From: a virus
IMG/VR virus record: IMGVR_UViG_3300032046_000014
Coordinates: 1-64,000 of that record
Reading direction: 5' to 3' (one strand)
DNA: 64,000 bases
Part shown: positions 9,691 through 18,011 of the stretch, piece after piece
Numbering within the stretch: the first letter of the stretch is position 1
Layout of the letters: each line of letters begins with the position of its first letter
Translations under genes and position numbers: made by a program
Notes under the pieces: model-generated
Databases searched by the model: none
What the model was told of the DNA's origin: nothing
The model's input: the letters and a program-made list of their open reading frames with translations, nothing else

Positions 9691-11195
9691 TAGAGCTTCA
9701 CGACTATCTTATTTTCTGGATCAGTTGGAACAACGTTTAAGATGGGCTTTCCGCCTTGATCCAGCAGGATTTGGCTTATCTTAGCAAGTTTGATTTCCCA
9801 TGAGGTCTTATCGGTCAAAGTGAATTTCTTCACGTATTTTTGGTAGCCTGCCATAGTTATGGTTAAGGTGTGTGGACTATACTCTTGAAGAGTGTCTCCT
9901 GTTGCCTGTGCATAGTAGCCTCTTGAAACTGTCTGCTGAGTGATTGTGCCGTCTGCCGCTGTTGTGACGCTGAAAATGATGTTTCCGTCTTTGTCTTTGA
10001 GTGTGACTGTTGCTCCGCTTATGTTGTTGTTGTCTTTGTCAGTGACTTTTATGTCGATTGTGTTCTTGCGATAAATCTTTCCCGTGCAGGTTCCAGAATA
10101 CGTGAAAGTCCACGCGTCAGTGTCGATGTTGATGAGGTTTGAATCGACTGTGGCGCTGATGACGCTCATCATGTAGGTGTTACGTCTTAAAATGGTATTC
10201 GATATGGTAGTAGCTGTTGCGGCGTAAGCGTATAAGGCAGCGACACATTCTGTCACGAAAAGAAGATTCATTACTGAGTTTACGTTAATGTCCGAGAAGC
10301 CCAGTGTGCTTTTCGTGACGTAGACGTTGTAAAAGTTTGCTCTGCACCCCCAAAATAACACTGCGTTTATGCAACTGCAGTTCCAAACGGGACCGTCATT
10401 CAAGACTGTAATGAAATGGTAAGGTATGTTGCCTACAGCCGCAAAAGTGCATGAATACAAGGCTCCAGTGTTGATGTACACGAATAGGTTAGCGTTATAG
10501 TTATCTTCCAAAGACCTGAATATGCATCCACTTGAAGATGTTTTCAAGGTGGCATTTTCAAGAATGCCGAAAGTTACGTGTGCGTTTGCTCTGCTATACA
10601 GGAGAAACTCCCAAGAACCACCAACGATTCCATCGCTGAAAATGATTTCTTTCAGAGTATCGACAAACCATGTTTCTGTTGACCCATCGCCGATGTAGAG
10701 TTTAGAGTCGAACATGAACTGAACAAGATTCGTCTTCCAGACGCGGCCCCATTGTCCCTGAGTCAACACGTAGTCGAAGGTGCCGCTGTCGCTTTTAGTG
10801 AAGACGGTGACTTGAGTCTGCGTTAGAGTGCGGAAGTATTTGGTTGCGTAGTAGGTTCCGTCGCCAGTGATGGCGAGGTCTTCAGTTTGGGCTGCGCCTG
10901 CAGTGTCGGTTCCAGTTAAGCGAATCGTGGCGGCGGTCATGTTAGCCCAGTTAGCCACTACGACGTAAAGGTCTAATGCGGCTCCTCCTAGAACGTAGTA
11001 GTCGGTTGGACGTAGGTTGTGGCTGCAAGCTACTGCGGAGCCGTCAACAACCGTGATTGTGCGGGTGTGAACTAGTTCTTGAGTGCCGGCTTTGTCGGCG
11101 TTCCAAGCGTCTATGAAGGCGCATGGGGCTCCTGAAGTGCCGCCTATGACTGTTATGATGTTTGTTGCGTGGTCGTATGTCCATGTGCCCGCCAA
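9690..11195 (-). CDS. putative virion protein, beta-helix plus carboxypeptidase-regulatory-like domain
   Basis: Thr/Asn-rich beta pattern; IKVTDKDNNNISGATVTLKD...TLTITMAGY. Confidence 0.6.
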   Translation of the reverse strand: MAGTWTYDHATNIITVIGGTSGAPCAFIDAWNADKAGTQELVHTRTITVVDGSAVACSHNLRPTDYYVLGGAALDLYVVVANWANMTAATIRLTGTDTAGAAQTEDLAITGDGTYYATKYFRTLTQTQVTVFTKSDSGTFDYVLTQGQWGRVWKTNLVQFMFDSKLYIGDGSTETWFVDTLKEIIFSDGIVGGSWEFLLYSRANAHVTFGILENATLKTSSSGCIFRSLEDNYNANLFVYINTGALYSCTFAAVGNIPYHFITVLNDGPVWNCSCINAVLFWGCRANFYNVYVTKSTLGFSDINVNSVMNLLFVTECVAALYAYAATATTISNTILRRNTYMMSVISATVDSNLINIDTDAWTFTYSGTCTGKIYRKNTIDIKVTDKDNNNISGATVTLKDKDGNIIFSVTTAADGTITQQTVSRGYYAQATGDTLQEYSPHTLTITMAGYQKYVKKFTLTDKTSWEIKLAKISQILLDQGGKPILNVVPTDPENKIVVKL

Positions 11196-11483
11196 TTAGA
11201 CCAAGACCCACTCGTCACGTGTTTCCGCTGGTTTGGTTACGGGTTTCTTTTGCCAGTGTTCAACTATGTCTCCTGACCAAGTGTCTGTCGCGTTCATCCA
11301 CGCTTGAATGTTAGTTATGAGTGCTTTTGCCATGTTCTTCGTAGTTGCGTCTAGTTTGACCTTGTACATGTCAACGCCGTTTGGGTCGTAGTAAAAGATG
11401 AACCAGTCTCCTGCTTCTTGGACGCATTCAAAGATTAGATTCCAGCCGAACATTTTGTTTCTAGCGAGTGTTTTTGATACCAT
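11196..11483 (-). CDS. hypothetical protein
   Basis: ORF in operon. Confidence 0.6.
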   Translation of the reverse strand: MVSKTLARNKMFGWNLIFECVQEAGDWFIFYYDPNGVDMYKVKLDATTKNMAKALITNIQAWMNATDTWSGDIVEHWQKKPVTKPAETRDEWVLV

Positions 11484-11485
11484 GG

Positions 11486-11848
11486 TTAGGACCTCAGAAT
11501 CTTCGTTACGTTTCCGTTGGTGTAACTGAAGGTTAACGTGAAAAGGGTTGCTACGGCACTGTCCTTGTAGACTGCTGTGGCAACTGTTCCATCCCCGTTC
11601 CAGGTGAAATCGATTTCATTCACCCGCTTCGCCACTGCTGGATCAACCAGACTTCCGCCAAATGGTATTGCAACACCGGCAGAATCCACAACCACGATGG
11701 CTTCCGAATGTATGAGTTCAGTTGGGTCTTGTGGGTCAGGATTTACGAAGGTCTGAAGCTTCTTGCCGAGGTTGTCCGGCTGCACCTGCACATAACCACA
11801 GTTTCTAAGCTGGACGGATGAACTAAGAGCCTTTGTCCCATCAGTCAT
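11486..11848 (-). CDS. putative virion protein with one N-terminal 14-aa repeat unit
   Basis: MTDGTKALSSSVQLRN; C-terminal TLTFSYTNGNVTKILRS; GGAGGT RBS. Confidence 0.65.
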   Translation of the reverse strand: MTDGTKALSSSVQLRNCGYVQVQPDNLGKKLQTFVNPDPQDPTELIHSEAIVVVDSAGVAIPFGGSLVDPAVAKRVNEIDFTWNGDGTVATAVYKDSAVATLFTLTFSYTNGNVTKILRS

Positions 11849-11916
11849 TTATGAACCTCCACCTCTAGATTTGCTCTAGTTGTTTTTTACTCTTGTGCTG
11901 TAGCGTCTAGTTTAAA

Positions 11917-13344
11917 TTACGATACTGCCTCTTCTTCAGTCCATGTGGTCAATTCAGCCTTTATCACAGATTCAGTTGACAATTCCGCGTATTCATATGT
12001 GATTGCTCTGACTGTGAAGCTGCAGCTCAGGTCAGCTTTCTTCTCGAAACTGAAGCTCGAGGACAAATCTTTGCTGCCGACATTGCGTACGGTGACATTG
12101 CTACGTAGGCGCGCGCGGCTGTAGCTGGCTATTCCGAAGCTTGACGCTAGGTTCGCGTAGGTTACGGGTGCAGGCGGAGCATGAACCAGGAGGCTCGAAG
12201 ATAGAACTGCTGAGGCTGGCCGCGTGACTGTGAAATTCGAAGATAGCTTCACAAAGTTAATGCCTCTGACGAGGAAGCTGCACCTGTAGGACTTGAAACC
12301 TGCATTGCGGACCGTGAGACTGTTGGGCATGTCGGCTGAACTGGTTTTTCGAGGGGTGAATGATGAAGCAAGAGCGCGAGCTGCAGGTGTAACTATGAAG
12401 AACCAGGCACTGAGATCCTTACCAGCTGCTTGGCGTACCTGCAGGCTGGAACTTAGATTCTTAGCTTCAATGATGCCGATAGCCAAACTGGAAGAAACCG
12501 CTGCGGAACGGGCCTGGCGCACTGTAAAGCTATTGCGGAAGTTCGATGAAATTTTCATCACAGTAACATTGCAGGGAAGGGCTCCCGAGCCAGACTTGAT
12601 CGCCACGAAACTACTATGCAGATCGACACTGGCAGGCATCATCACATGAATGGATGAGCTGACCTGTTTGCTGCTGCTCCTTTGCAGTGTTAGGCTTGAG
12701 GAAAGGTTCTTTATCGTTGGCAATGCAAAGGCGCAGGATAGGACTTTAGCGGCTGCGCCTCGAACCGTGAGGCTTGTCCTATAATTGACAAAACCAGCAT
12801 TCTTGGCTGTGACGCTGGCGGAGAGGTTGTTGCTAGGTGAGGAGCGGAGAAGAAAACTTGACGACAAATCGGCCGCGTTGCTTTGCCGCACAACCAGGAA
12901 GGCGCCCGCATCCGCTGAGCCCGGGGTTTGCACTGTGAAAGAACTGGAAAGAACAGTTGAGCTTGGAGTGTTTCTGACTTGGAAGCTGCTGCTGAGGTCA
13001 TAGCAATTCCTGATTGTGAAGCTGGACCTCACATTTCTGCCGGGGTAAACAGGCGTGACGTTAGACCTGAAAGACGCAGATCCTATATTACACGCTATGA
13101 AACTTGACGATAGTGCCTTGATTCCTCTATTACGAATCAGGGCGGATGTAGACAATAATGTTTTTGAAGAACTTCTCCGAATTGAGAATGATGAATGTAC
13201 TTGTTTAGCGGGCACATGCACGGTGAAGCTGGAAGGCACTGTTTTAGATGCAGACTTTCTGATGGTGAGTGAAGAAGAAAGCGGAACGAAGCCAGATTTT
13301 TGAATTGTGGCTGATGAAGACAGCGATGCAGACCCGTCTGTCAC
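11917..13344 (-). CDS. 475-aa 14-aa repeat protein (paralog of 7027..9690)
   Basis: repeated LSSSFTV(R/Q) units; shared C-terminal Y-x-ELST. Confidence 0.8.
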   Translation of the reverse strand: MTDGSASLSSSATIQKSGFVPLSSSLTIRKSASKTVPSSFTVHVPAKQVHSSFSIRRSSSKTLLSTSALIRNRGIKALSSSFIACNIGSASFRSNVTPVYPGRNVRSSFTIRNCYDLSSSFQVRNTPSSTVLSSSFTVQTPGSADAGAFLVVRQSNAADLSSSFLLRSSPSNNLSASVTAKNAGFVNYRTSLTVRGAAAKVLSCAFALPTIKNLSSSLTLQRSSSKQVSSSIHVMMPASVDLHSSFVAIKSGSGALPCNVTVMKISSNFRNSFTVRQARSAAVSSSLAIGIIEAKNLSSSLQVRQAAGKDLSAWFFIVTPAARALASSFTPRKTSSADMPNSLTVRNAGFKSYRCSFLVRGINFVKLSSNFTVTRPASAVLSSSLLVHAPPAPVTYANLASSFGIASYSRARLRSNVTVRNVGSKDLSSSFSFEKKADLSCSFTVRAITYEYAELSTESVIKAELTTWTEEEAVS

Positions 13345-13433
13345 AGTATCAACTCAACGGTTCTCTTGAACGGAAGCTCATCTGTTTTCTAATGTTTTTA
13401 AGGTTCCGCAATAGCGTCACAGAAAAGGGAAAG

Positions 13434-13808
13434 TTAGAAGCCGTCTCGAGTTGCTTTCTCGACCTTCGTTACCTGCAGCTGCACATTCTGGTTTCTCGGA
13501 TCAATGAAAAGTTCCAGCCTGTACACGTTCGGCGACTCGCCAATATGAGCCCCAACAGTTCGCGCTTCAACCATAGGCGGCTTCACCTCCGCTTGCTGAC
13601 CTGGAGACGTCATCATGGCAAGATCCCTGCTTTCAGTCGTTTTCACGAAGAAATTATGCAATGCCGGATGCTTCTTGATACTGATGCTTCTGCCGCTAAT
13701 GATTCTTTCTACAGAAGTAATTTCATCTTCAGGAACGTCCCAAGGATACTTTTCTTTGTCAGTGTAGCTTTTGCCTGATTTCAGGTGGATTATCCATCTT
13801 GTACTCAA
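13434..13808 (-). CDS. hypothetical protein
   Basis: AGGAGA RBS then TTG start inside ORF 13434..13985. Confidence 0.6.
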   Translation of the reverse strand: MSTRWIIHLKSGKSYTDKEKYPWDVPEDEITSVERIISGRSISIKKHPALHNFFVKTTESRDLAMMTSPGQQAEVKPPMVEARTVGAHIGESPNVYRLELFIDPRNQNVQLQVTKVEKATRDGF

Positions 13809-13860
13809 ACTGTTCAGTCTCCTAAATATGCGTAACCCTGAACATGGAATACGCTTTTGC

Positions 13861-14091
13861 CTACGATATTGTTGGAGGCGATGCAACCGCAGGCGTATGC
13901 AAGCTGGCTTTCTGATTTTCCAGCTGCTGTATTTCTGCGCGCAAAGCTTCTGCTTTCTGAGCCAATTCTTCAACGTCCATTTCAAACTTCAAGGACTTCC
14001 TGATTGCTGGGAAAGCCTGCAACGTCTTTACGAAATCCTCAAGTTCTTTGAGATCCGTGAAACGGAGAAGAAGAGTGGCTTCCATGGTCAA
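13861..14091 (-). CDS. small coiled-coil protein
   Basis: ORF with heptad-like C-terminus. Confidence 0.55.
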   Translation of the reverse strand: MTMEATLLLRFTDLKELEDFVKTLQAFPAIRKSLKFEMDVEELAQKAEALRAEIQQLENQKASLHTPAVASPPTIS

Positions 14092-14102
14092 AGATACACT
14101 CT

Positions 14103-14762
14103 CTAAACCTCTTCTACAGAAGATGTTAATATTTGTTCTGTTCCATTATCTCTAGCAAGTTTGAAGAAATTCATCGATTCCGTAAGAATAATAAACTGTT
14201 TTATCTTTTCTGAAGGTTGAACATTCCATTTCTCAGAATAAGTTTCCCATTTATGTCGATTACGAATGTGTCTTTGTCCTTCGGTCCCCAGATTCATCGT
14301 ATCCCTCAAGAAAAGGATATCAATATAATCCTGCACAGTCCATGTTAAAGGATTGCCTCGCAATATGCCCTTCCGAGATTTATGCGAGATTCTGTCCATT
14401 TCAGCTAAAACATATTTGAATTTAAGAAAATCCCTGAACTTAACCGTATGCCACCGTAGAGGGCTGAGAAGATCACAAAACTTCAGATTTTCTTTTATTC
14501 CACAAATAGTCAAACAGGACCTCCAATGTTTGGCTTTGGACAGACCGCTCACTACAAACCTAAGTTTAGCTATAGATGAAATATCACGTTCCCATAGAAA
14601 GTCCCGGATGGAATAGATAGTTTCTTGCTCTTTCTTTGAGACTCCAATATCAAAACGAGGTCTGATTCTTAATCCAAAATGCAGATCATTATCAACCTGA
14701 GCGATAGTAGTGAAGCATCCTTCACCTTCCACATAACCCAGTAGCCAGTCCAAGTCAGACAT
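14103..14762 (-). CDS. single-motif LAGLIDADG homing endonuclease
   Basis: DWLLGYVEGEGCF motif, PRFDIG, KFRDFLKF; AT-richer than flanks; TATA about 25-30 nt upstream (leaderless). Confidence 0.85.
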   Translation of the reverse strand: MSDLDWLLGYVEGEGCFTTIAQVDNDLHFGLRIRPRFDIGVSKKEQETIYSIRDFLWERDISSIAKLRFVVSGLSKAKHWRSCLTICGIKENLKFCDLLSPLRWHTVKFRDFLKFKYVLAEMDRISHKSRKGILRGNPLTWTVQDYIDILFLRDTMNLGTEGQRHIRNRHKWETYSEKWNVQPSEKIKQFIILTESMNFFKLARDNGTEQILTSSVEEV

Positions 14763-14919
14763 ACGGTTATATATGTAATAATCCGCATATAATTTTTGTT
14801 ATAGAAAAACTTACCTATGCTGTTCTCCGCTACGGGAGTTCACCATAAGTCTTTGGATACTGATTCAACCCATCTGCTCAGGCAGTGTATTTTCATCACT
14901 TGCCGAAGGCACAGGTTTT

Positions 14920-15366
14920 TCAACCTGTGTATTCACCTATGCCAGTCAAACTGGACATATTTGGTAACGGAAGTGATGTTTGTTCTTGTCAGTCACAAAG
15001 GGCTAACAATTTGAACAGCACTGTGCCTGAAGTTGCTGGTACAGCTGGGACTTTGACTTTGGTGGCAACGCGGATGCTCTTGTCGTAGCTTTGAACCACT
15101 GACGGTGCGAGGCATTCTTTTCCGCCGCCTACTGACTTCACGTAGTTTGTCTTTGCACTGGTGCTTTCCCAGACCCAAGATTCGTCTTTGGCCTCTGAAG
15201 CGTTTGTCGACCCAAGATAGCTGAGGCTGGCGTTTTTCGCAGTCGCATAGGAACCACTCTTGTTCCTAATATGGTAGGTTTTCTTTGCTGTTGATGTTCC
15301 TACATCAACGACTCCAAAGCTAATGGATGACGGGTTGAAACTTATTGAAGGAGCACTGGATACCAT
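14920..15366 (-). CDS. Ig-like putative virion protein, predicted spliced: join(15366..15011,14979..14961,14931..14920), 128 aa
   Basis: unspliced ORF stops at TGA 14991-14989; removing two BHB introns gives ...GTVLFKHHFRYQYTG*. Confidence 0.75.
14932..14960 (-). other. 29-nt BHB-type mRNA intron 2
   Basis: GT-TACC-AA^A-TATGTCCAG-TTTGA-CTGGCATA-GGTG-AA^T-AC canonical BHB. Confidence 0.8.
14980..15010 (-). other. 31-nt BHB-type mRNA intron 1
   Basis: GTTC-AA^A-TTGTTAG-loop-CTGACAA-GAAC-AA^A; relaxed outer helix. Confidence 0.75.
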
Positions 15367-15434
15367 CTTTTTCGTTCCTCAGAAAAGCACTACTGCCCAT
15401 TACGTTTTTAAGCGTTATCCTCACACGAACTAGA

Positions 15435-15785
15435 TTAATAGTGCGGAGCAGCTATTCCAAGTTGGCTTCTAGGTTCGCAGAAATGTTCTCTGCATAAACT
15501 GGGCCTTTCCAAATAGATCAGGCACCGGTTTGTTTTCTGATCCAAAAATCCACAGGGATAATCACTGTGGCTCATGACCCACACGGGCTCATCATTAATA
15601 GTTTCGATGGAAAGAACCACGTCTCTCTGCAGCTGCCGGGCAAGCTTATTCATTTTGCCAAGCTCTTCTTTCAAAAGAGGAATGAAGACGCCTTTGCGAC
15701 AGCAGTGAGCATTACATTTAGAGCAGAACCGCTGTTGAAATTCCCTTTCAGAATATTCCGGAATCAGATTGATTATTTGACTCAA
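15435..15785 (-). CDS. YkgJ-family (CxxCxxCC) protein
   Basis: CSKCNAHCC...PCGFLD...CLIYLERPSLCREHFC. Confidence 0.8.
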   Translation of the reverse strand: MSQIINLIPEYSEREFQQRFCSKCNAHCCRKGVFIPLLKEELGKMNKLARQLQRDVVLSIETINDEPVWVMSHSDYPCGFLDQKTNRCLIYLERPSLCREHFCEPRSQLGIAAPHY

Positions 15786-15787
15786 CG

Positions 15788-17107
15788 TTATTTTTCTCCT
15801 CTTCTCCTTTTTGCTTTATGAACCCACTGCGTCAGGAAATCTGCAAATTCCGTTGCTTCATCCGGTTCTGCAGGCGCATACAGAGTTAACTGTTCTTTTC
15901 CCCGGCAAATGATTGATGCGGACACTGTAATCTCAGCCTTGTTCATCCAAGTTTTACCTGTAGTCATGCCGTAAGCAGTGACTATTTTCAATGGTCCTCT
16001 CAAAAAACCAGTTTCCATCGGCCAATAATAGTATATTTTGTTTTCGTTCGGAAAGTGTATTGTCCATTTGTGGCCTGCCCAGCCTTGTTTGCCGACATGC
16101 CGTTCCTTCCAGTGGGACAGTTTCTGCAGGTGCAGCAGCAGAATCTGTTTTTTTGGCTTAGTTAATTCTCTGGATCTTGTAAGTAGAATCTTGACTGTCT
16201 CTAGCACTTCTATTAGGGCGCCAGTTCTGTCGTTTGGATAAACGATGGAACAGCGGCCTCCGACCCTGGCAGCCTCTTTTATTGCAAGCAAAGGCTTATC
16301 CAAGTGTTCGATGACATGATGGACGATTACATCATTGAAGACAGTATCCATGAAAGGCAAAGCTTCGGCACTTGCTATAATGTTTACGGCAGTTTCCGTT
16401 TTGAAATATTGATCATACCGGTTTACATCAACTCTTATATGGCCTCTATTATCGACTCCACAGCCAACATTCAGAGTGGCGAATTCATGATTCCGCTGTA
16501 TTTTGATATGCTGAAGTTTTCTGCCCGAAAAGAAATGTTGGATTGACTGAATTTCACCTTGGTCTTCCAGACTGATTTCAGGCATGAATACTTCTTGAAA
16601 TGTTACTGTGGACCGAAGACATTGATGTGGAAATGGCTGTTTGGTCAGAACTCCCGGCGTCGTACATTCGCAGATATAGCATGCTCCTTCGGTTTTGAGG
16701 ACTCTTTTAATTTCCATAATGGCCTTACGGAATTTCCTATCGTCTACAATATGCTGCAGAACCACGTTAGAGACGATTGTATCAAAGCTTTCATCTGGGA
16801 AAGGCAAACCGTCTGCAATGTCAATAAAAAATAGTTCGTCTTGCGGCCGGAGTGTTCGATGTTCCCGGAAGAGCTTCAGCATTTCCGCGCTGAAATCAAT
16901 GCCGACGTATTTCTGGCAGTGCTTGGCCAACGTTTCGTAGAGTCTGCCTGTTCCGCAGCCAACATCCAATAAGATATTACAATCTGCCACTTTTTCAAAG
17001 GCGGCTATGGCTTTCTCATCATCTGCAGTTCCGCCGTTAAAACCAGGAGCAGAAACACCGCAGCGCTGAGCCCGGTGGTCCCAGTAGCGTTTTTCCCATC
17101 CGCTCAT
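15788..17107 (-). CDS. double class I SAM-dependent methyltransferase
   Basis: LLDVGCGTG...LPFPDESFD and a second LNVGCG...LPFMDTVF...HVIEH domain. Confidence 0.85.
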   Translation of the reverse strand: MSGWEKRYWDHRAQRCGVSAPGFNGGTADDEKAIAAFEKVADCNILLDVGCGTGRLYETLAKHCQKYVGIDFSAEMLKLFREHRTLRPQDELFFIDIADGLPFPDESFDTIVSNVVLQHIVDDRKFRKAIMEIKRVLKTEGACYICECTTPGVLTKQPFPHQCLRSTVTFQEVFMPEISLEDQGEIQSIQHFFSGRKLQHIKIQRNHEFATLNVGCGVDNRGHIRVDVNRYDQYFKTETAVNIIASAEALPFMDTVFNDVIVHHVIEHLDKPLLAIKEAARVGGRCSIVYPNDRTGALIEVLETVKILLTRSRELTKPKKQILLLHLQKLSHWKERHVGKQGWAGHKWTIHFPNENKIYYYWPMETGFLRGPLKIVTAYGMTTGKTWMNKAEITVSASIICRGKEQLTLYAPAEPDEATEFADFLTQWVHKAKRRRGEK

Positions 17108-17145
17108 GCTTGTTCCTGTTGTGGTAGACTGTTTAAAAAGATATG

Positions 17146-17508
17146 CTAATGGGAAGCTGCTTCTGTGGCCAAATCACTGCTTGAACGTGCAGTTCTTTGA
17201 AAATCACGCTCGTTCATCTGCTTCACTTTTAATCGTGCAATACTCCATGCGACCGCGACAACAACGCAAGTTACCGTGTAACTGATTACGAAGTATGGTA
17301 TAGTGATAAGAAGTAGGATGACTGGCACAAGCAGGACAGTCATGATACCTATGAGAGCAGCCCAAAGTTGAATCAAGAAAGCATTATGAAGCTGTTTTTT
17401 GGAACGGGAATGTTTATCTGCTGGAGCTCTAGGATCATCAGAAGCTTCAAGAAGAACGCGGTGAATCCAACGATGGAAGCGAGAAAAAAGGGAGGGTTTT
17501 TTCGCCAA
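17146..17508 (-). CDS. membrane protein (2 TM)
   Basis: long hydrophobic stretch; TTG start after AGGTGG; start uncertain. Confidence 0.55.
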   Translation of the reverse strand: MAKKPSLFSRFHRWIHRVLLEASDDPRAPADKHSRSKKQLHNAFLIQLWAALIGIMTVLLVPVILLLITIPYFVISYTVTCVVVAVAWSIARLKVKQMNERDFQRTARSSSDLATEAASH

Positions 17509-17521
17509 TAGGTGCACCCAC

Positions 17522-17635
17522 CTATTCTGGCGACCCGCCGCTGAAGCATCCACATATAAAGCGGAGGGCATGACCGGCAACTACACACGCGAATGGTAGT
17601 ACGGTCATGAAGAAAATCTTTATTCTTGTGTTCAT
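17522..17635 (-). CDS. 37-aa hydrophobic peptide
   Basis: GGAAAGGGAG RBS and ATG directly after promoter-like AACTCTTAAATAC. Confidence 0.4.
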   Translation of the reverse strand: MNTRIKIFFMTVLPFACVVAGHALRFICGCFSGGSPE

Positions 17636-17726
17636 TTCGGGCTCCCTTTCCCTGAGAAATCCTCTGTTATCTATGTATTTAAGAGTTCCTAGAACTAACT
17701 TCTAGGTTAAACGTCTATATTTTCCT

Positions 17727-18011
17727 TCATCGTTTCTGATCTAGTTTACGTGTAACTTCATCTATTTTTTCTTTATCAGCCTGCAGTTTCTTTTGAAATT
17801 CAACCAAGTCAAGCCTGTAAGTCACATATCTATAGCTGATTTCATTTCGTGTAACCAGCTTAGCTTCTCCGAGAGCCTTCAAAACTTCAGTGAACACGGA
17901 ACGTGAAGGAGAACCAACCTGCTCATATAATTCTGAAAACCGTATTTCATTTGGATAACCTTCTGAAAGCGCTTGCAGAACTTTATCTTTCAAGGGAATT
18001 GGCTGTGTCAT
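17727..18011 (-). CDS. HxlR/ArsR-like wHTH protein
   Basis: IRFSEL...VLKALGEAKLVTR...VTYRL. Confidence 0.7.
   Translation of the reverse strand: MTQPIPLKDKVLQALSEGYPNEIRFSELYEQVGSPSRSVFTEVLKALGEAKLVTRNEISYRYVTYRLDLVEFQKKLQADKEKIDEVTRKLDQKR

Noticed and set aside
7190-13303. Many plus-strand ORFs (e.g. 7991..8815) antisense to the repeat proteins
   Set aside because: Shadow frames produced by Ser/Lys/Arg repeat codons; they lack RBS or promoter support.
14812-14915. Group I intron or twister ribozyme around the LAGLIDADG gene
   Set aside because: Only partial resemblance (AAAGACT, CCTGAGC, ACACTGCC). No canonical P3/P7 pairing and no interrupted host gene found.
14989-14991. TGA readthrough or selenocysteine as the explanation of the in-frame stop
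   Set aside because: Readthrough gives a low-complexity QEQTSLPLPNMSS tail. Two BHB motifs explain both the stop and the hidden HHFRYQ exon better.
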